From: Epithemia pelagica
Lineage: Eukaryota; Protista; Bacillariophyta
DNA: 64,000 nt
Assembly: GCA_946965045.2 (NCBI GenBank)
Contig: OX337235.1
Location: forward strand, 1,240,001 to 1,304,000
Direction: 5' to 3'
Position numbers and translations under genes: made by a program. This document shows, one piece after another, positions 1-10,484 of the stretch (positions are counted from its first letter, which is position 1; each line of letters starts with the position of its first letter). Below the pieces are notes generated by a model, which was not told where the DNA came from, made no database searches, and saw only the letters and a program-made list of their open reading frames with translations.

Positions 1-21
1 CCGCAACATGAAACGAGAGAC

Positions 22-1647
22 TTAGCGACCACGAACCAAAGATACACATCCTCGTTTGTCGCAGACCAGAGTTCCGCCAGCGCGTGCGGCATTGGACCAG
101 GGAATCGTTTGATGCTGCAGTAACTTCCATTCGCCTTCCCCATCTTTGATCCAGTTTTGTTGCGCTAAAAGAGAAGCATCAATGACATCCATACCGACGT
201 CAGGAAATTCCACCACCGTGGAATAAGCGCGATCTTCGAACATAACCACGTCGGCATCTGCAACTCTCATGCCTGATGGTCGGTTGCCTTCCTTCAAACA
301 CAGTGCCCAGGGATCCAACCGTCCTCCTTCATTCATAATGTCTGTCACTGGTGGTGACAATGAAGCATTGTCACTTGAATTGTTCGGAAAGATTCCGGAA
401 CACATGGCGGTTTCGTCTCCTTCTGTCAACGCGCTGTAGAACTGCTTTAGCCTGTCGTAAACTAAACCTTCCTTTTCATTTATCTCGTTCTCCGAGGATG
501 ACTCAGACGCGCTGCTCTTAGATAAAAGAGGGCTGTCGTCCTCGTCTAAGACAATCGTTGGTCTCATGTGTTGTCCCATGAGTTGAATCCACGATGGGAT
601 ACTTCCCTGTCCAGAACCAAACGATCTTCCGAGTGCTGAGAGACCAAACCACTTGAAGTTTCCCAAAGTGCTGTCATCACTCTCGGGAGATCCGTCGTTT
701 GATGTCGTGGATGTGGACGATAGCTCGCTGAAATAAGACTTCCACTCAGCAGCATTGCCTGGAGCTGCCAACCATGGTTGTTGTCCCCTGCTTCGAAGGG
801 TTGACGCATCTAAACCCCAGTCCACAGGTGTGGAATCGTCAGACGGAATGGGAACAACGACAGTCTCGGATTGTACCAGTCGTCGGGAGAGTACAAACAG
901 CTGTTCCAGGGCTTGTTTGAGTGAATCTTTGGTGCCAAAGAGGGCCAGCACACGTAGTGTTCGAGATCCTTGGAGTTGTCGAATCGTCTGGGTAGAGGAT
1001 TCGTACATGGAATCGGACAAAACTGATTTGGCGGGCATTCGAATGGGAAGCTCCAATGCCTGAAGTTCCTTTTCAAGTCGCGTCAGTTGACGATTTCGGC
1101 GTCGGCACTCCCGCACAAAATTCGCTGCAAAAGCAAGACCAGCACCAATGCAAAGAGCAGTTGTTGTCATTGGTTCACCCCCGCTGAATGTGGACAGCGT
1201 CGCACTTCCACCACTGTCTTGCATCATGGGAAGGGATGAGGAAGATGAGCTCACAATCGACGGATAGGAAAAGGAAAAGAATGCTGCCAATAAACTCAAG
1301 TTGATCCGCAAGGGTTCACTTTGATTCAAGCTATTGTACTTGGCCAATGCATCTCCTCGAACACCTCGTAGGGTATACACGTCAAAGGTCGGTTTGGTCA
1401 AATCGTATGCCTTGTAATCCTCTCGGTCGTTATTGTCATTGTAAGACAAAAGCAAGGGTGACGGTCTATTCTTTACGACTTTGTCTCGTTTGGGGCTGAA
1501 TCGATTCGGAAGGAACGATGCTTTTGTTTGTGTTCGAGTTGGATTGGCAAAAGCGGTGCATAGGTTCAATGAATTGAAGGAAACAACGATCCATAGCACC
1601 GTAACCCACATGTATTTGACGAAAGCGTTTGTAAAGGGTAATCTCAT
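22..1647 (-). CDS. LPA1-like (LOW PSII ACCUMULATION 1 / DUF3493-type) plastid protein with a C-terminal SnoaL/NTF2-like domain
   Basis: Signal peptide ending ...NLCTA|FANP (ASAF-like bipartite presequence). Two hydrophobic helices. LPA1-like blocks VLALFGTKDSLKQAL..RRLVQSETVVVPI, WLAAPGNAAEWKSYF and GRSFGSGQGSIPSW. C-terminal QFYSALTEGD...WKLLQHQT resembles SnoaL-like folds. Recognised from memory of family motifs. Confidence 0.65.
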   Translation of the reverse strand: MRLPFTNAFVKYMWVTVLWIVVSFNSLNLCTAFANPTRTQTKASFLPNRFSPKRDKVVKNRPSPLLLSYNDNNDREDYKAYDLTKPTFDVYTLRGVRGDALAKYNSLNQSEPLRINLSLLAAFFSFSYPSIVSSSSSSLPMMQDSGGSATLSTFSGGEPMTTTALCIGAGLAFAANFVRECRRRNRQLTRLEKELQALELPIRMPAKSVLSDSMYESSTQTIRQLQGSRTLRVLALFGTKDSLKQALEQLFVLSRRLVQSETVVVPIPSDDSTPVDWGLDASTLRSRGQQPWLAAPGNAAEWKSYFSELSSTSTTSNDGSPESDDSTLGNFKWFGLSALGRSFGSGQGSIPSWIQLMGQHMRPTIVLDEDDSPLLSKSSASESSSENEINEKEGLVYDRLKQFYSALTEGDETAMCSGIFPNNSSDNASLSPPVTDIMNEGGRLDPWALCLKEGNRPSGMRVADADVVMFEDRAYSTVVEFPDVGMDVIDASLLAQQNWIKDGEGEWKLLQHQTIPWSNAARAGGTLVCDKRGCVSLVRGR

Positions 1648-2020
1648 GGTAGGATCCCTTGTCTACTGATAATGTCGTCAAGGAGAAAGACCTCCCTCGT
1701 CATCGTTACCAAGAAAATGATGAGTGGATCATCCCAACGCATCGACGTCATGAAAACGCGATTCATAAACGACTAATCCACGATTCGAAGTGTTGTTCAA
1801 CTAGCCAGTCAGGATACATGGGCCATGGCCAGAAGTATAGTTGGAGAAGCAGTAATGGTCACGGTCTAAGATAAAGAGGAATTGTAGTCACTTGATGAGG
1901 CTGGTCCTGTAACCACTCAAAGCTCAGGGACGTCCGGTCAATCTTGAATCAGTCCATCCATACCTTGGAATTGTATGTAACTCTCACGGTTTCTTCAGAA
2001 CATCATGACATGTTCCAACG

Positions 2021-4348
2021 TCATTTTTGAACTGAAAAGAAGGAATCAATGGTATGTCGTTTCTTTTTTCGTTGTTGACCGTTTCCCAATCGATGCCACG
2101 CCCAATCTTCTCGATCATACTGAGCTTGCAACTTCTTGGCCAATGCCAAGTCTCCGTCTTCATTGTTTGTTGTGTCCATGGAAACACCAGTCGTAACAGT
2201 GGTAACGCAGGGTCGATTGTTCAAGTCGGCAGCTTGTACATGGGATTGCAATACTTGTCCCTCACTTGGTAGCGCTCTTTTATTGTTTTTTCGGTGCACA
2301 GCGTCCTCCGAAATGACCACCACTTCTTCCTCTTTGGACGCAATGGTTTGCGCCATTTTCTTCTTTTGCCTGTTGAGAAGCTCCGCATCCGTCGTGCTGT
2401 GGGCCGTAAAATACTGATCCATCAGACTGTGCGTGCCCTTGGTGCCTGGTTGTGGTACAAAATCCGTGGCACTGAATCCCAATCGTGTCAGTTGGATGGT
2501 AGATCCTTCTCGCTGTCGCAAAGTATGAGCTACTAACCGAGACAAGTTTTGAACGGCTTCTTGTATTCGATTGGAGGAGGAGGAGGAGGAAGCATGCCCT
2601 GTCGATGACGACGGCGGTGGTGTCATGGAGGGAAAGGGTACTCGGGCACTTTTGGTTTGGGTATTGGATGCCCGTGCACGAGAAACCGTTGGGTGCCCTT
2701 GTTGATTATTTCCTAAAAGTTTGGTGTAGTGCAAGGTACACGTTTTCGGGAATCGTCCATTCCGACTCGAATCTCGTACCACGCGGGTGACAAGATCGGT
2801 GGCCAGCAAGTGAATCCAAGGACGCGCTTCGTCGATGGAATGTCCCACACCGGACCGACTGTTGGGTAAGGATTTAAAGGCGGTCAAAGATTTGGTTGCC
2901 GCCATACTGCTGGACGAAGATTCATGGTCGGATTGTTGTTGTTTGGATAGGACCGGTTCTGCATCCATGCCATAGGCCGACAGGTCAAACAACCATTGTG
3001 CCGTTTCGGCACTTTTCAAGGCACGTCGTAAGGCGGGTACCGACAAATGTCGGGCAATGCAGGCAACGGAAAAGGAAGCGTCGTCCTTGTTGACCGGTGC
3101 CCCCACGGTTGATTCTAGTTGGTCCAGGACTTGTTGTCCCAGTTTTCCTCCCAAATTACGACACTTGCGGATAGGTGTGTCTTGGAGTAATTGGGGAATT
3201 TGGTGCGGCAGTGTAATGGCTTGTCCATTGGGTTTTCCATAGGAGGCGGACAATTTGGCCAGGGTTTTGTTGATCCCAATCCCAGCCGTCAAGGTAAAGC
3301 CCAAGGCCTGATACACGTGTCGTCGAATGGCCAAGGCAATAGCCGCACCACGCCATAACAATAGTTCATAATTCGTGTCATTCCTATCGTCCTGTTCGTG
3401 TGGAAAGGCGACATCTTCCTCATTCTCATTGGTTTCGTCAAGATCGATTGCATCGTTTTCGGTGCGCATAGCGCTGGATGTTGCTTTGTTTCCAACTTGT
3501 TTGGTTTCTTGTTGGGCGGCTTCCACCAAGGCCGCATCCCACACACTGTTGTGGTTTGGTATTGGGTCTTGTTGTTGGACGGCCCGTGTGACATCGAGAT
3601 AAAATTCATCAATCGAGGCTCGTTCCAACACAATACTGGAGGAGGATCCGGCCATGAATTCTTGCACGACTTGGAAAATACGGGCCGAAGCAATCCGATA
3701 GCGTTCAATGGAGGCCTTGCCTTCATGACTGAGCCGTCGGACACCCAATTCTCGTTCCCGACAGGCACGTTGTTCTTCCAGAGACAATTCAAAAATGGAT
3801 TGGTATTCTTGTTCCAAGGTTGGCAATGCAGTTTGAGTGGCAACGGGTGAAGAAGAGGAGTTTCTCGAATGGAGTGATGCTTCGGATGGTGCACCATGGT
3901 CGGTCGAGGGCTTGTTGTCCTCTTGCAAGGACGTGGAGGTTGTGGAAAGTTCCTTGGTCGTCAAGAGTGGTACATGAATGGCGTGACAGGTGGTGGGAAT
4001 GGCCTTGGTCGTTTCGGGGTGCGCCTCCTGTTGCAGGTGCTCGTTTTGTTTCGTCGTGTTTGCGTTCGCAGCGGCTGTGGCGGTTGCCACTTTTTGTCGA
4101 ATCGCTTGCCAGGAATCTCCCCGTTTGACACCAAACTGTGTTCGTGCTGGATACGTGACCGCCAAGACCGAATTCCACTGCAATAAGGCCAATGCCGTCG
4201 TGGAGGCATCCCATCCCAATCGCAAACATTCACATTGCGCATAAAAACAATCCAAATCCAACAACAACACCACACGATCTGACCCGTGACGACGGCGACG
4301 GGCCTTGTTGTTGTTGTTGTTGTTTGGCACGTCGCCGTGTCGTTTCAT
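2021..4348 (-). CDS. POLH: Y-family translesion DNA polymerase eta
   Basis: Catalytic motifs LLLDLDCFYAQCE and ERASIDEFYLD, plus TAGIGINKTLAKLSA..KPNGQ. C-terminal PIP-like TIDSFF and ubiquitin-binding-like DLALAKKLQAQYD. Preferred ATG is 4348 (MKRHGD); the ORF track extends to 4393. Confidence 0.9.
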   Translation of the reverse strand: MKRHGDVPNNNNNNKARRRRHGSDRVVLLLDLDCFYAQCECLRLGWDASTTALALLQWNSVLAVTYPARTQFGVKRGDSWQAIRQKVATATAAANANTTKQNEHLQQEAHPETTKAIPTTCHAIHVPLLTTKELSTTSTSLQEDNKPSTDHGAPSEASLHSRNSSSSPVATQTALPTLEQEYQSIFELSLEEQRACRERELGVRRLSHEGKASIERYRIASARIFQVVQEFMAGSSSSIVLERASIDEFYLDVTRAVQQQDPIPNHNSVWDAALVEAAQQETKQVGNKATSSAMRTENDAIDLDETNENEEDVAFPHEQDDRNDTNYELLLWRGAAIALAIRRHVYQALGFTLTAGIGINKTLAKLSASYGKPNGQAITLPHQIPQLLQDTPIRKCRNLGGKLGQQVLDQLESTVGAPVNKDDASFSVACIARHLSVPALRRALKSAETAQWLFDLSAYGMDAEPVLSKQQQSDHESSSSSMAATKSLTAFKSLPNSRSGVGHSIDEARPWIHLLATDLVTRVVRDSSRNGRFPKTCTLHYTKLLGNNQQGHPTVSRARASNTQTKSARVPFPSMTPPPSSSTGHASSSSSSNRIQEAVQNLSRLVAHTLRQREGSTIQLTRLGFSATDFVPQPGTKGTHSLMDQYFTAHSTTDAELLNRQKKKMAQTIASKEEEVVVISEDAVHRKNNKRALPSEGQVLQSHVQAADLNNRPCVTTVTTGVSMDTTNNEDGDLALAKKLQAQYDREDWAWHRLGNGQQRKKKRHTIDSFFSVQK

Positions 4349-4492
4349 ATCTGCTGTACACTTCTTCGTCTTATTCCAAAGTATGGAATGCAAAGGGAGG
4401 CAAAGGCTCTATTTGCAGTGCCGTTCAGTGTGGTCCATTGTCGGTCACGGCGAACATCGTTCCGACAAACACAACGCGCGACCGCGTCACGC

Positions 4493-4556
4493 AGGCACGT
4501 CCTTCGAGATGGATACGCGCATGTCGAACAACCATCCGGCGTCACGAAACGGGCAC
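4493..4556 (+). repeat. Degenerate dispersed repeat, copy 1 (partner at 8301-8360)
   Basis: aggcacgtccttcgagatggatacgcgcatgtcg...gaaacgggc aligns by eye with aggcacatcctacgagatggacacgcgtatgtcg...aaaacgggc. Confidence 0.7.
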
Positions 4557-4748
4557 GCGGTTTTGTGCATCATGTTTCGCTATTTAGCGGACAAGAGGCG
4601 AGAAAAAGTCCGCGCAGAAATGGGGGAGGGCAATACTAACTCCATACCACACTGTGTAGGTAGTTCGTCTCACATTTTTATACTACAGTAGGAATTTTTT
4701 GTACGACCGGGAAGTAGTTTCGTGCGAGTCGCGCGGTTTCCCTCTCGT

Positions 4749-4781
4749 GTGTGACACTTGTGTGACACTTGTGTGACACTT
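4749..4781. repeat. 3 x 11-bp tandem repeat gtgtgacactt in the divergent POLH / coiled-coil intergenic region
   Basis: Three exact copies read directly; each contains the odd palindrome gtgt-g-acac. Confidence 0.9.
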
Positions 4782-5287
4782 TGTGACATGGCTTCCAGGA
4801 ATTTCTCACTACCTACACAGCTTGATAGGGAGTAAGTTTACTACTTCCCTGTGTCTGGCCGTCCTCTCGCGTCGGGCGCGCCCGGCTTGTCAGGAGAATG
4901 ACTCGACGGGCAATTGTCTTGTCGGGCGTGCGCCCTCCTCGACCATTGCCCTCCTCGTCATTCTACCCTCCGCGCCGGGCGGTCCCTCCTTGAAAGGACT
5001 CGACACCGGGAAGTATTAATACTACGTAAAGTGCACCGGGTGGTGTCACGCAGCTAAAACACTCATAACGAGCCCCACAAAGATTGGTCCCATTTCGCCA
5101 AATAGCCACTCATCCTTGGACGAATGTCGCCACCGTCCGTCGCTGTTTGACGGCACAAGGAATCTTTTCACATCATTCATCTTGTACACCATATCGTATT
5201 AACGAGCTACTTGTCTCTATTGCTGTTGAAAGAGACCTCCGCCGTGCGACGCAACGATTCTCAACGACAACATCAAAGCCATTTTCC

Positions 5288-5927
5288 ATGAATATCTTGT
5301 CCAGTCGGTCGATACGTTCGGAGGATCCTTCCGAAGCTCCCAGTGTTTCATCATCGACATCTGGTATGCTCAGGTTAACACATGACTTCAACAGCCTAGT
5401 GCGAGATTGTAACGCGTCCGATGTGTCCACGACCCAGTCACCAACGCCAAAAAGTAACAATATTGCCATTCTGAAAGTCCCAAACAAAACTGCTGCACCT
5501 GTGAGTCCAGACCTCGGTCCTCTCACAATTCCCAAGGACTTGAACACACTACTGCAACGTGGGGATCGCACCATGGCAGATGCGTTGAATTCCTCACCAT
5601 TACAAAGTCCTGAGCCTTCAGTAGGTGGAGATCGAAACAGGTTTGAGGGAATCGAAACTTCTCTATTGCACAGTCCGGATCTCAGTAAGAAAAGCAGCAC
5701 TGTTCTTCCACCCTTCATCATGGTACCCTCCCCCAAGAAATGCCCAAGTCGTGCCCCCGTCCGTCAAAAACAAATCAAGGCCTTCAATGCTACGCGAAGC
5801 CCTGAGAGTCAATCGAAACCAATCCTGCAAAAACCTGCGACGTCAGGACCATCCTCGATTCGTTCTGCTGTTCTGGGGGAAATAGACCGTGCCACTCTGG
5901 AACGAAAAACAAAGTTGAGCTTGAGGC

Positions 5928-5973
<46 letters not shown>

Positions 5974-7846
5974 GTCATTCCTTTCTCCTCAGTCGTCAAA
6001 GGAAGAAAGGGCCAGCCATGCGCAATCCGACATCAAGTACGACCAAAACAATATGCGTATTGTTACGGATCCTTCTGTCGGAAGGTCCATTGACGATGAA
6101 GAAATGACTGATGCCGGGGAATATCTCGAAGCAGAACATTTCCGCTGTGCCTCAGAATTAACCGATAACGACGAAAAGCAAGAAATTGAAATCGTGACAC
6201 GTCGGATGCATTTGCAAAGACTTCGGGAGCAACTTTCCGGAGCTGGGAATAAAAGCAAGAACAGGAACGAGTCATCGGGCAACAGCAGCAACAGTGGCAT
6301 TGACAGTGAAGAAAAAGAAGAGTCCAAACTTCAACTCAGTATCGGCTCAACAAAAGAGAGCAGTTATACCGAAAAGGAAAAAGAGAAGAAGCAAGAGACA
6401 TTGACGATTGACCAACAAAAGAAACTGATAGTAATGGTGAATCATTACAAAGGCCAACTTTCTGGAATGAAGCAAATATTGCAAGACACGAAACATCAAG
6501 CAAAGTCCGACAAAGAAAAACTTCAGAAGCAGGCAAAGGTGAACAGGGAAAAGATCGCTAAAATGGATTCACAATACCAAGCCAAGCTCTCTGCAATGGA
6601 ACTCTTCGTGAAACAGCAAATCGAGGGTCATGAAAAGTCTCATCAAGAGGAACAAGCAAAGAAAGACCAGGAGCATCAGGAGCAGCTTCTTCAAATGGAG
6701 TCAAAATACGAGAAGCAGCTCTCTGAAGTGGAACGTGTTGTACATCGGGAGATCATGAAAAAGTTGTACAAAGAAGAACATGGCATGAAAGACAAGGAAC
6801 ACATGGACCAACTTCGCGAACTGGAGAATAAATTCACGGCCCAGCTTTCTGAGGTGGAACGAGTCGTACAACATGAGATGCAGAGGCATCAAAAGTCTCA
6901 CAGGGAAGAACTAGCAAAGAAAGATCAAGAACACCAGGAGCAACTTTGTCAGTTGGAGTCGCAATACAGGGACCAACTGTCTGAAATGGAGCTGTCCGTA
7001 GAACGAGAGATGCAGGCTCATGAAAAATCTCAACAAGTAGAACAGAAAAAGAAGGATGATGGATATCAAGAGCAACTGCATCAACTTGAGTCCAAGTATA
7101 AAGACCAAATGTACAAAATGGAACAAGCCGTTGCAAAGGCACTGAAAGATCGCGAAGAATACCACAAGAAAGAGCAAGAAACAGAATTTCAGGAGCAGTT
7201 TCAACAGCTGGAGTTGAAATATAGAGATCAACTGTCTGAAATGGAAGATGCCGTACGTCAAACAATGCAAAGCTGTGAGGAATCCTACATAAAGCAAAAG
7301 CAAAAGGACCAAGAACACAAGGAGCAACTTCGTCAACTAGAGTCAAAATATAAAGTTCAACTAAACAGTGAAAGACAGATGGAAGCTCTCGAGGAGAAAT
7401 TCAGACATTCTTCTCTTCGGTATACTCAGCAAATCACTCATCAAGCGCAGAAGTTTGAACAAGAGATAAAAGAACAGAAGGATCATTACGAAAGACTCCT
7501 GGCAGAAGCCAGATGTAAAGCCGAGCAAACGGAGCTGCTCATGGGCCAAATGACCAACAGTGATGGGAATGGGAACGAAGCTGGTATCGAAAAGGGGGAA
7601 AGACATGTGCTGGACATCACGGGTCTAGGTTCAATTGCTGATTCTGACCAAGAATTCAATAAAACCAAAAACCTTGTCATGGAGCGACCGCATCACTTCT
7701 TCATCCTTGTTCTGCTTATCATCGGAGCTGTTGCGTATGAAGGTTGTTCACATTTGGTCATATTGGTTCAATATGGCTGGAATTCTCTTGAGATTCCAAA
7801 GGTGACTTTAACCTCAACTGATGATGAAGAAACAGAAACTGAGTAA
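5288..7846 (+). CDS. Uncharacterised coiled-coil protein with polyQ, about six 41-44-aa repeats and a C-terminal TM helix (tail-anchored, golgin-like architecture)
   Basis: Long open ORF. Q16 at 5927-5974. Repeats of type KSHxEExxKKDQEHQEQLxQLESKYxDQLSEME at about 6635-7370. Hydrophobic FFILVLLIIGAVAY near the C-terminus. Likely ATG is 5288 (ORF track starts 5084). Confidence 0.7.
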
Positions 7847-8300
7847 ACTGAGTAATGCTTTTGCATTGCAGTACGTTGCCAGCTATCTTGAGTGAAACAC
7901 GTCTTTGATGGAGCAAACGGCTTCAGCGACTTGTTGGGATTAAAAAAAAACAGGCAAAGAAACACGTGACATAACATGGTGATGGCGACTATACGGGTGA
8001 GAAGCAAGTAAACTAGGGAGAATTTCCTTTGCGTGTTAGTTTTTTCATGAAATGAACAAAGATTATTGATCAAATCTCGTCATTGCGGTATCGTTTGACA
8101 CAAATTCATTCTCTAGCCTCGAGTTCTCTGAGAGGAAATAATTGGACCTATTTTTTTACTAAATGTTGTGGTACTCTGACAATCCGACTAGGTAGAAGTT
8201 GTGGATCGGGATAATGGCAGAAATTAGTGGGTGGAAGTGCACGACCAGAAGAACATCCACCCTCTCGGCGAACGAGAAAGTACGAGCAGGAACACCCGGT

Positions 8301-8360
8301 AGGCACATCCTACGAGATGGACACGCGTATGTCGGACCGTCCGTTGTAACAAAACGGGCC
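8301..8360 (+). repeat. Degenerate dispersed repeat, copy 2 (partner at 4493-4556)
   Basis: See copy 1. Confidence 0.7.
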
Positions 8361-8564
8361 CTTGATGTGTTTCGAGAGGCGGAGGGCGGAGAATGATGAC
8401 CCGCCTGAAAGCAACTAGGAACGCAAATCTCTACTCCTAAATTGTATGCAACTAATCTCTAAACTGTATGTAACCCTATCGTAGAAGAACGGGAAAACTC
8501 AGTAGGGCTTTCCCCTGTGCAATGGGGATGGTTGACCCACAGCAGGCATGACGAATATTTTTGT

Positions 8565-10484
8565 TCATGATCGTTGTTGACGAATGACAAACACATGATT
8601 GGTGTCATGAACACTGTCGAGTACACCATTCAGTTCACAGTTTTCACATATTTTGTAGCACGGACAATTGGCGCATTCAAACAGCAGACCGCGAACTTCT
8701 GTTGAGCCACAGTGATCACAAATTTCATTTGGGTGCAATGCCTTGCGATCTTTGACATTGACGTCGTACTTGACATTGCGTCCCGCCTGCACGGGTTGAT
8801 AGGACTTGGCACGGGTCCAATCAAACTTTTGTCCACACCCGCGTTGAAAATTGGTATCTCCATGCGCATCCCTACCACAGTACATGATACTGCAACCTTC
8901 CAAACGTTCCACCAATCGATTGCAATGAGGACAATGACGGCAATTGCGAGCCTTGTATTGTTCGTCCGCTCGTTCCACTTCTCGCACTCGCTTGACTCGC
9001 TTCCGTTCCATGGCTGCGGCCTGCGTCATGGCCCGTTCGTGTTCTTGGTTGCTTTGTTGCCAATATTCGAGTCGACCATATCCTTTCCACTCTTGCCAAA
9101 CGAGTTGAATCTCTTGCCATTCTCGACAGGTACTACGGTAGTGATACCGGTCGTTGCAACTGGAGCAAAACTTGGCAAAGCACATGGGACAAGTCACCTT
9201 TTCTTGCGCCCCCTTGCGGCTCCGGGCCGCAGTCCAACGACAATTCGGGTTGGGACACGTGGTGTACGCTTGTGGATCTTGCGAAATGGCTTGATCGCGC
9301 TGTCGTAAATCAATTTCACGGTACAATGGGTGATAGTATCCAGCATCCATGTTTCCATGACCCAAAATCATGGCAATTTCATGAGGCATGAGTTCATGAG
9401 GGCACTTTTGATCATAACAGGTCATGGCGGTTGTGTTGTTCATGTTGCTTTGAACATAACGAAAGGCACACTCGTAACACAGAGAATGTTCCCCGCCCTC
9501 CACCTGCGTGTCCAAGGAACAGAAAAAGAACATGGTTTGGCTCTCGGGGAAATCATCCATGCAGACCGGACAAGCCACAATCCGCTCTTGGTGTGGAGTG
9601 GATTCCGGAGCAACGGCATTTTCGTCATGTTGTTCCATAGCAAGGAGGAGGTGGAGTGGAATTTCTTCTTCTTGTTTACTTTCTTCTTGTTGTTGTTGGT
9701 GCTCCTGTTGCTGGGTTCTATCGTCAATAGGTTCTTGTTCCATCTGCTTTTGCGTCGATGATGGAGGGGCCTCTTGTTGACGGGGCTCATGAATGGGATC
9801 CACTTGGATCTCTTGCTCGGACGGTTCCATGACAAAACTCAATTCGGACAACATTTGATCCAAATGGGCTGGATCCCCCGAAGATGTTGTGACAGGACCT
9901 GCTGTATCCTCATTGGGATCGTCGTCGTCGTCGTCATCGACCAGTCCCAAATCTTGCAAGGTGAGGGCCAAACATTTGGCTTGATCGTCCAAACGAGTAC
10001 AGGATTCGGTAGACATTATGTACAGATTCATGACAAGTTCTCGATCCACATTGTCTTGGTTAGGGAGCAGATTGTAAATGTCTGTAACTACATGGTCAAT
10101 CTGCAGATTATTACTCTTGGCGTGTTCCTCCAATACTTGAAGAACTTGATGTTCGAGTAAATCCAGTGGTGCAGCACCGACCGAGGTACCAGTCAAGGAA
10201 TGGTTCCCAGCCGAGGAAAGGGATGAGACGCTAGCGTTGGAGGATTCTGTTTGTTCGGGTAGTGTCGGAGTCAAATCATCCCTCGATGAGGACAAGGACG
10301 AAGAGGATACGGGTGACAAGGGCGGATCCTGGACCACTGCTCGATGAACAAACCCCGTTCCTCGCAACGCTCGTTGATTCTTGGGCGGTGGTCGTTTTCG
10401 TTGGTGTTGCTGCTGCTGCTGCACCTCCTTTTTGGATTTGGGTTGGCGCTGAAAGAGCTTGGTAAAGAGAGCGCCCCCAGCCAT
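8565..10484 (-). CDS. RBR-family E3 ubiquitin ligase (RING1-IBR-RING2-like) with C-terminal ZZ zinc finger
   Basis: RING1 CPVCMDD...HSLCYEC...CYDQKC. IBR CPNPNC...CPMCFAKFCSSCNDRYH...C. RING2-like CPHCNRLVERLEGCSIMYCG. ZZ CDHC...CANCPCYKICENC...H..H. Likely ATG is 10484 (MAGGALF). Confidence 0.85.
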   Translation of the reverse strand: MAGGALFTKLFQRQPKSKKEVQQQQQHQRKRPPPKNQRALRGTGFVHRAVVQDPPLSPVSSSSLSSSRDDLTPTLPEQTESSNASVSSLSSAGNHSLTGTSVGAAPLDLLEHQVLQVLEEHAKSNNLQIDHVVTDIYNLLPNQDNVDRELVMNLYIMSTESCTRLDDQAKCLALTLQDLGLVDDDDDDDPNEDTAGPVTTSSGDPAHLDQMLSELSFVMEPSEQEIQVDPIHEPRQQEAPPSSTQKQMEQEPIDDRTQQQEHQQQQEESKQEEEIPLHLLLAMEQHDENAVAPESTPHQERIVACPVCMDDFPESQTMFFFCSLDTQVEGGEHSLCYECAFRYVQSNMNNTTAMTCYDQKCPHELMPHEIAMILGHGNMDAGYYHPLYREIDLRQRDQAISQDPQAYTTCPNPNCRWTAARSRKGAQEKVTCPMCFAKFCSSCNDRYHYRSTCREWQEIQLVWQEWKGYGRLEYWQQSNQEHERAMTQAAAMERKRVKRVREVERADEQYKARNCRHCPHCNRLVERLEGCSIMYCGRDAHGDTNFQRGCGQKFDWTRAKSYQPVQAGRNVKYDVNVKDRKALHPNEICDHCGSTEVRGLLFECANCPCYKICENCELNGVLDSVHDTNHVFVIRQQRS

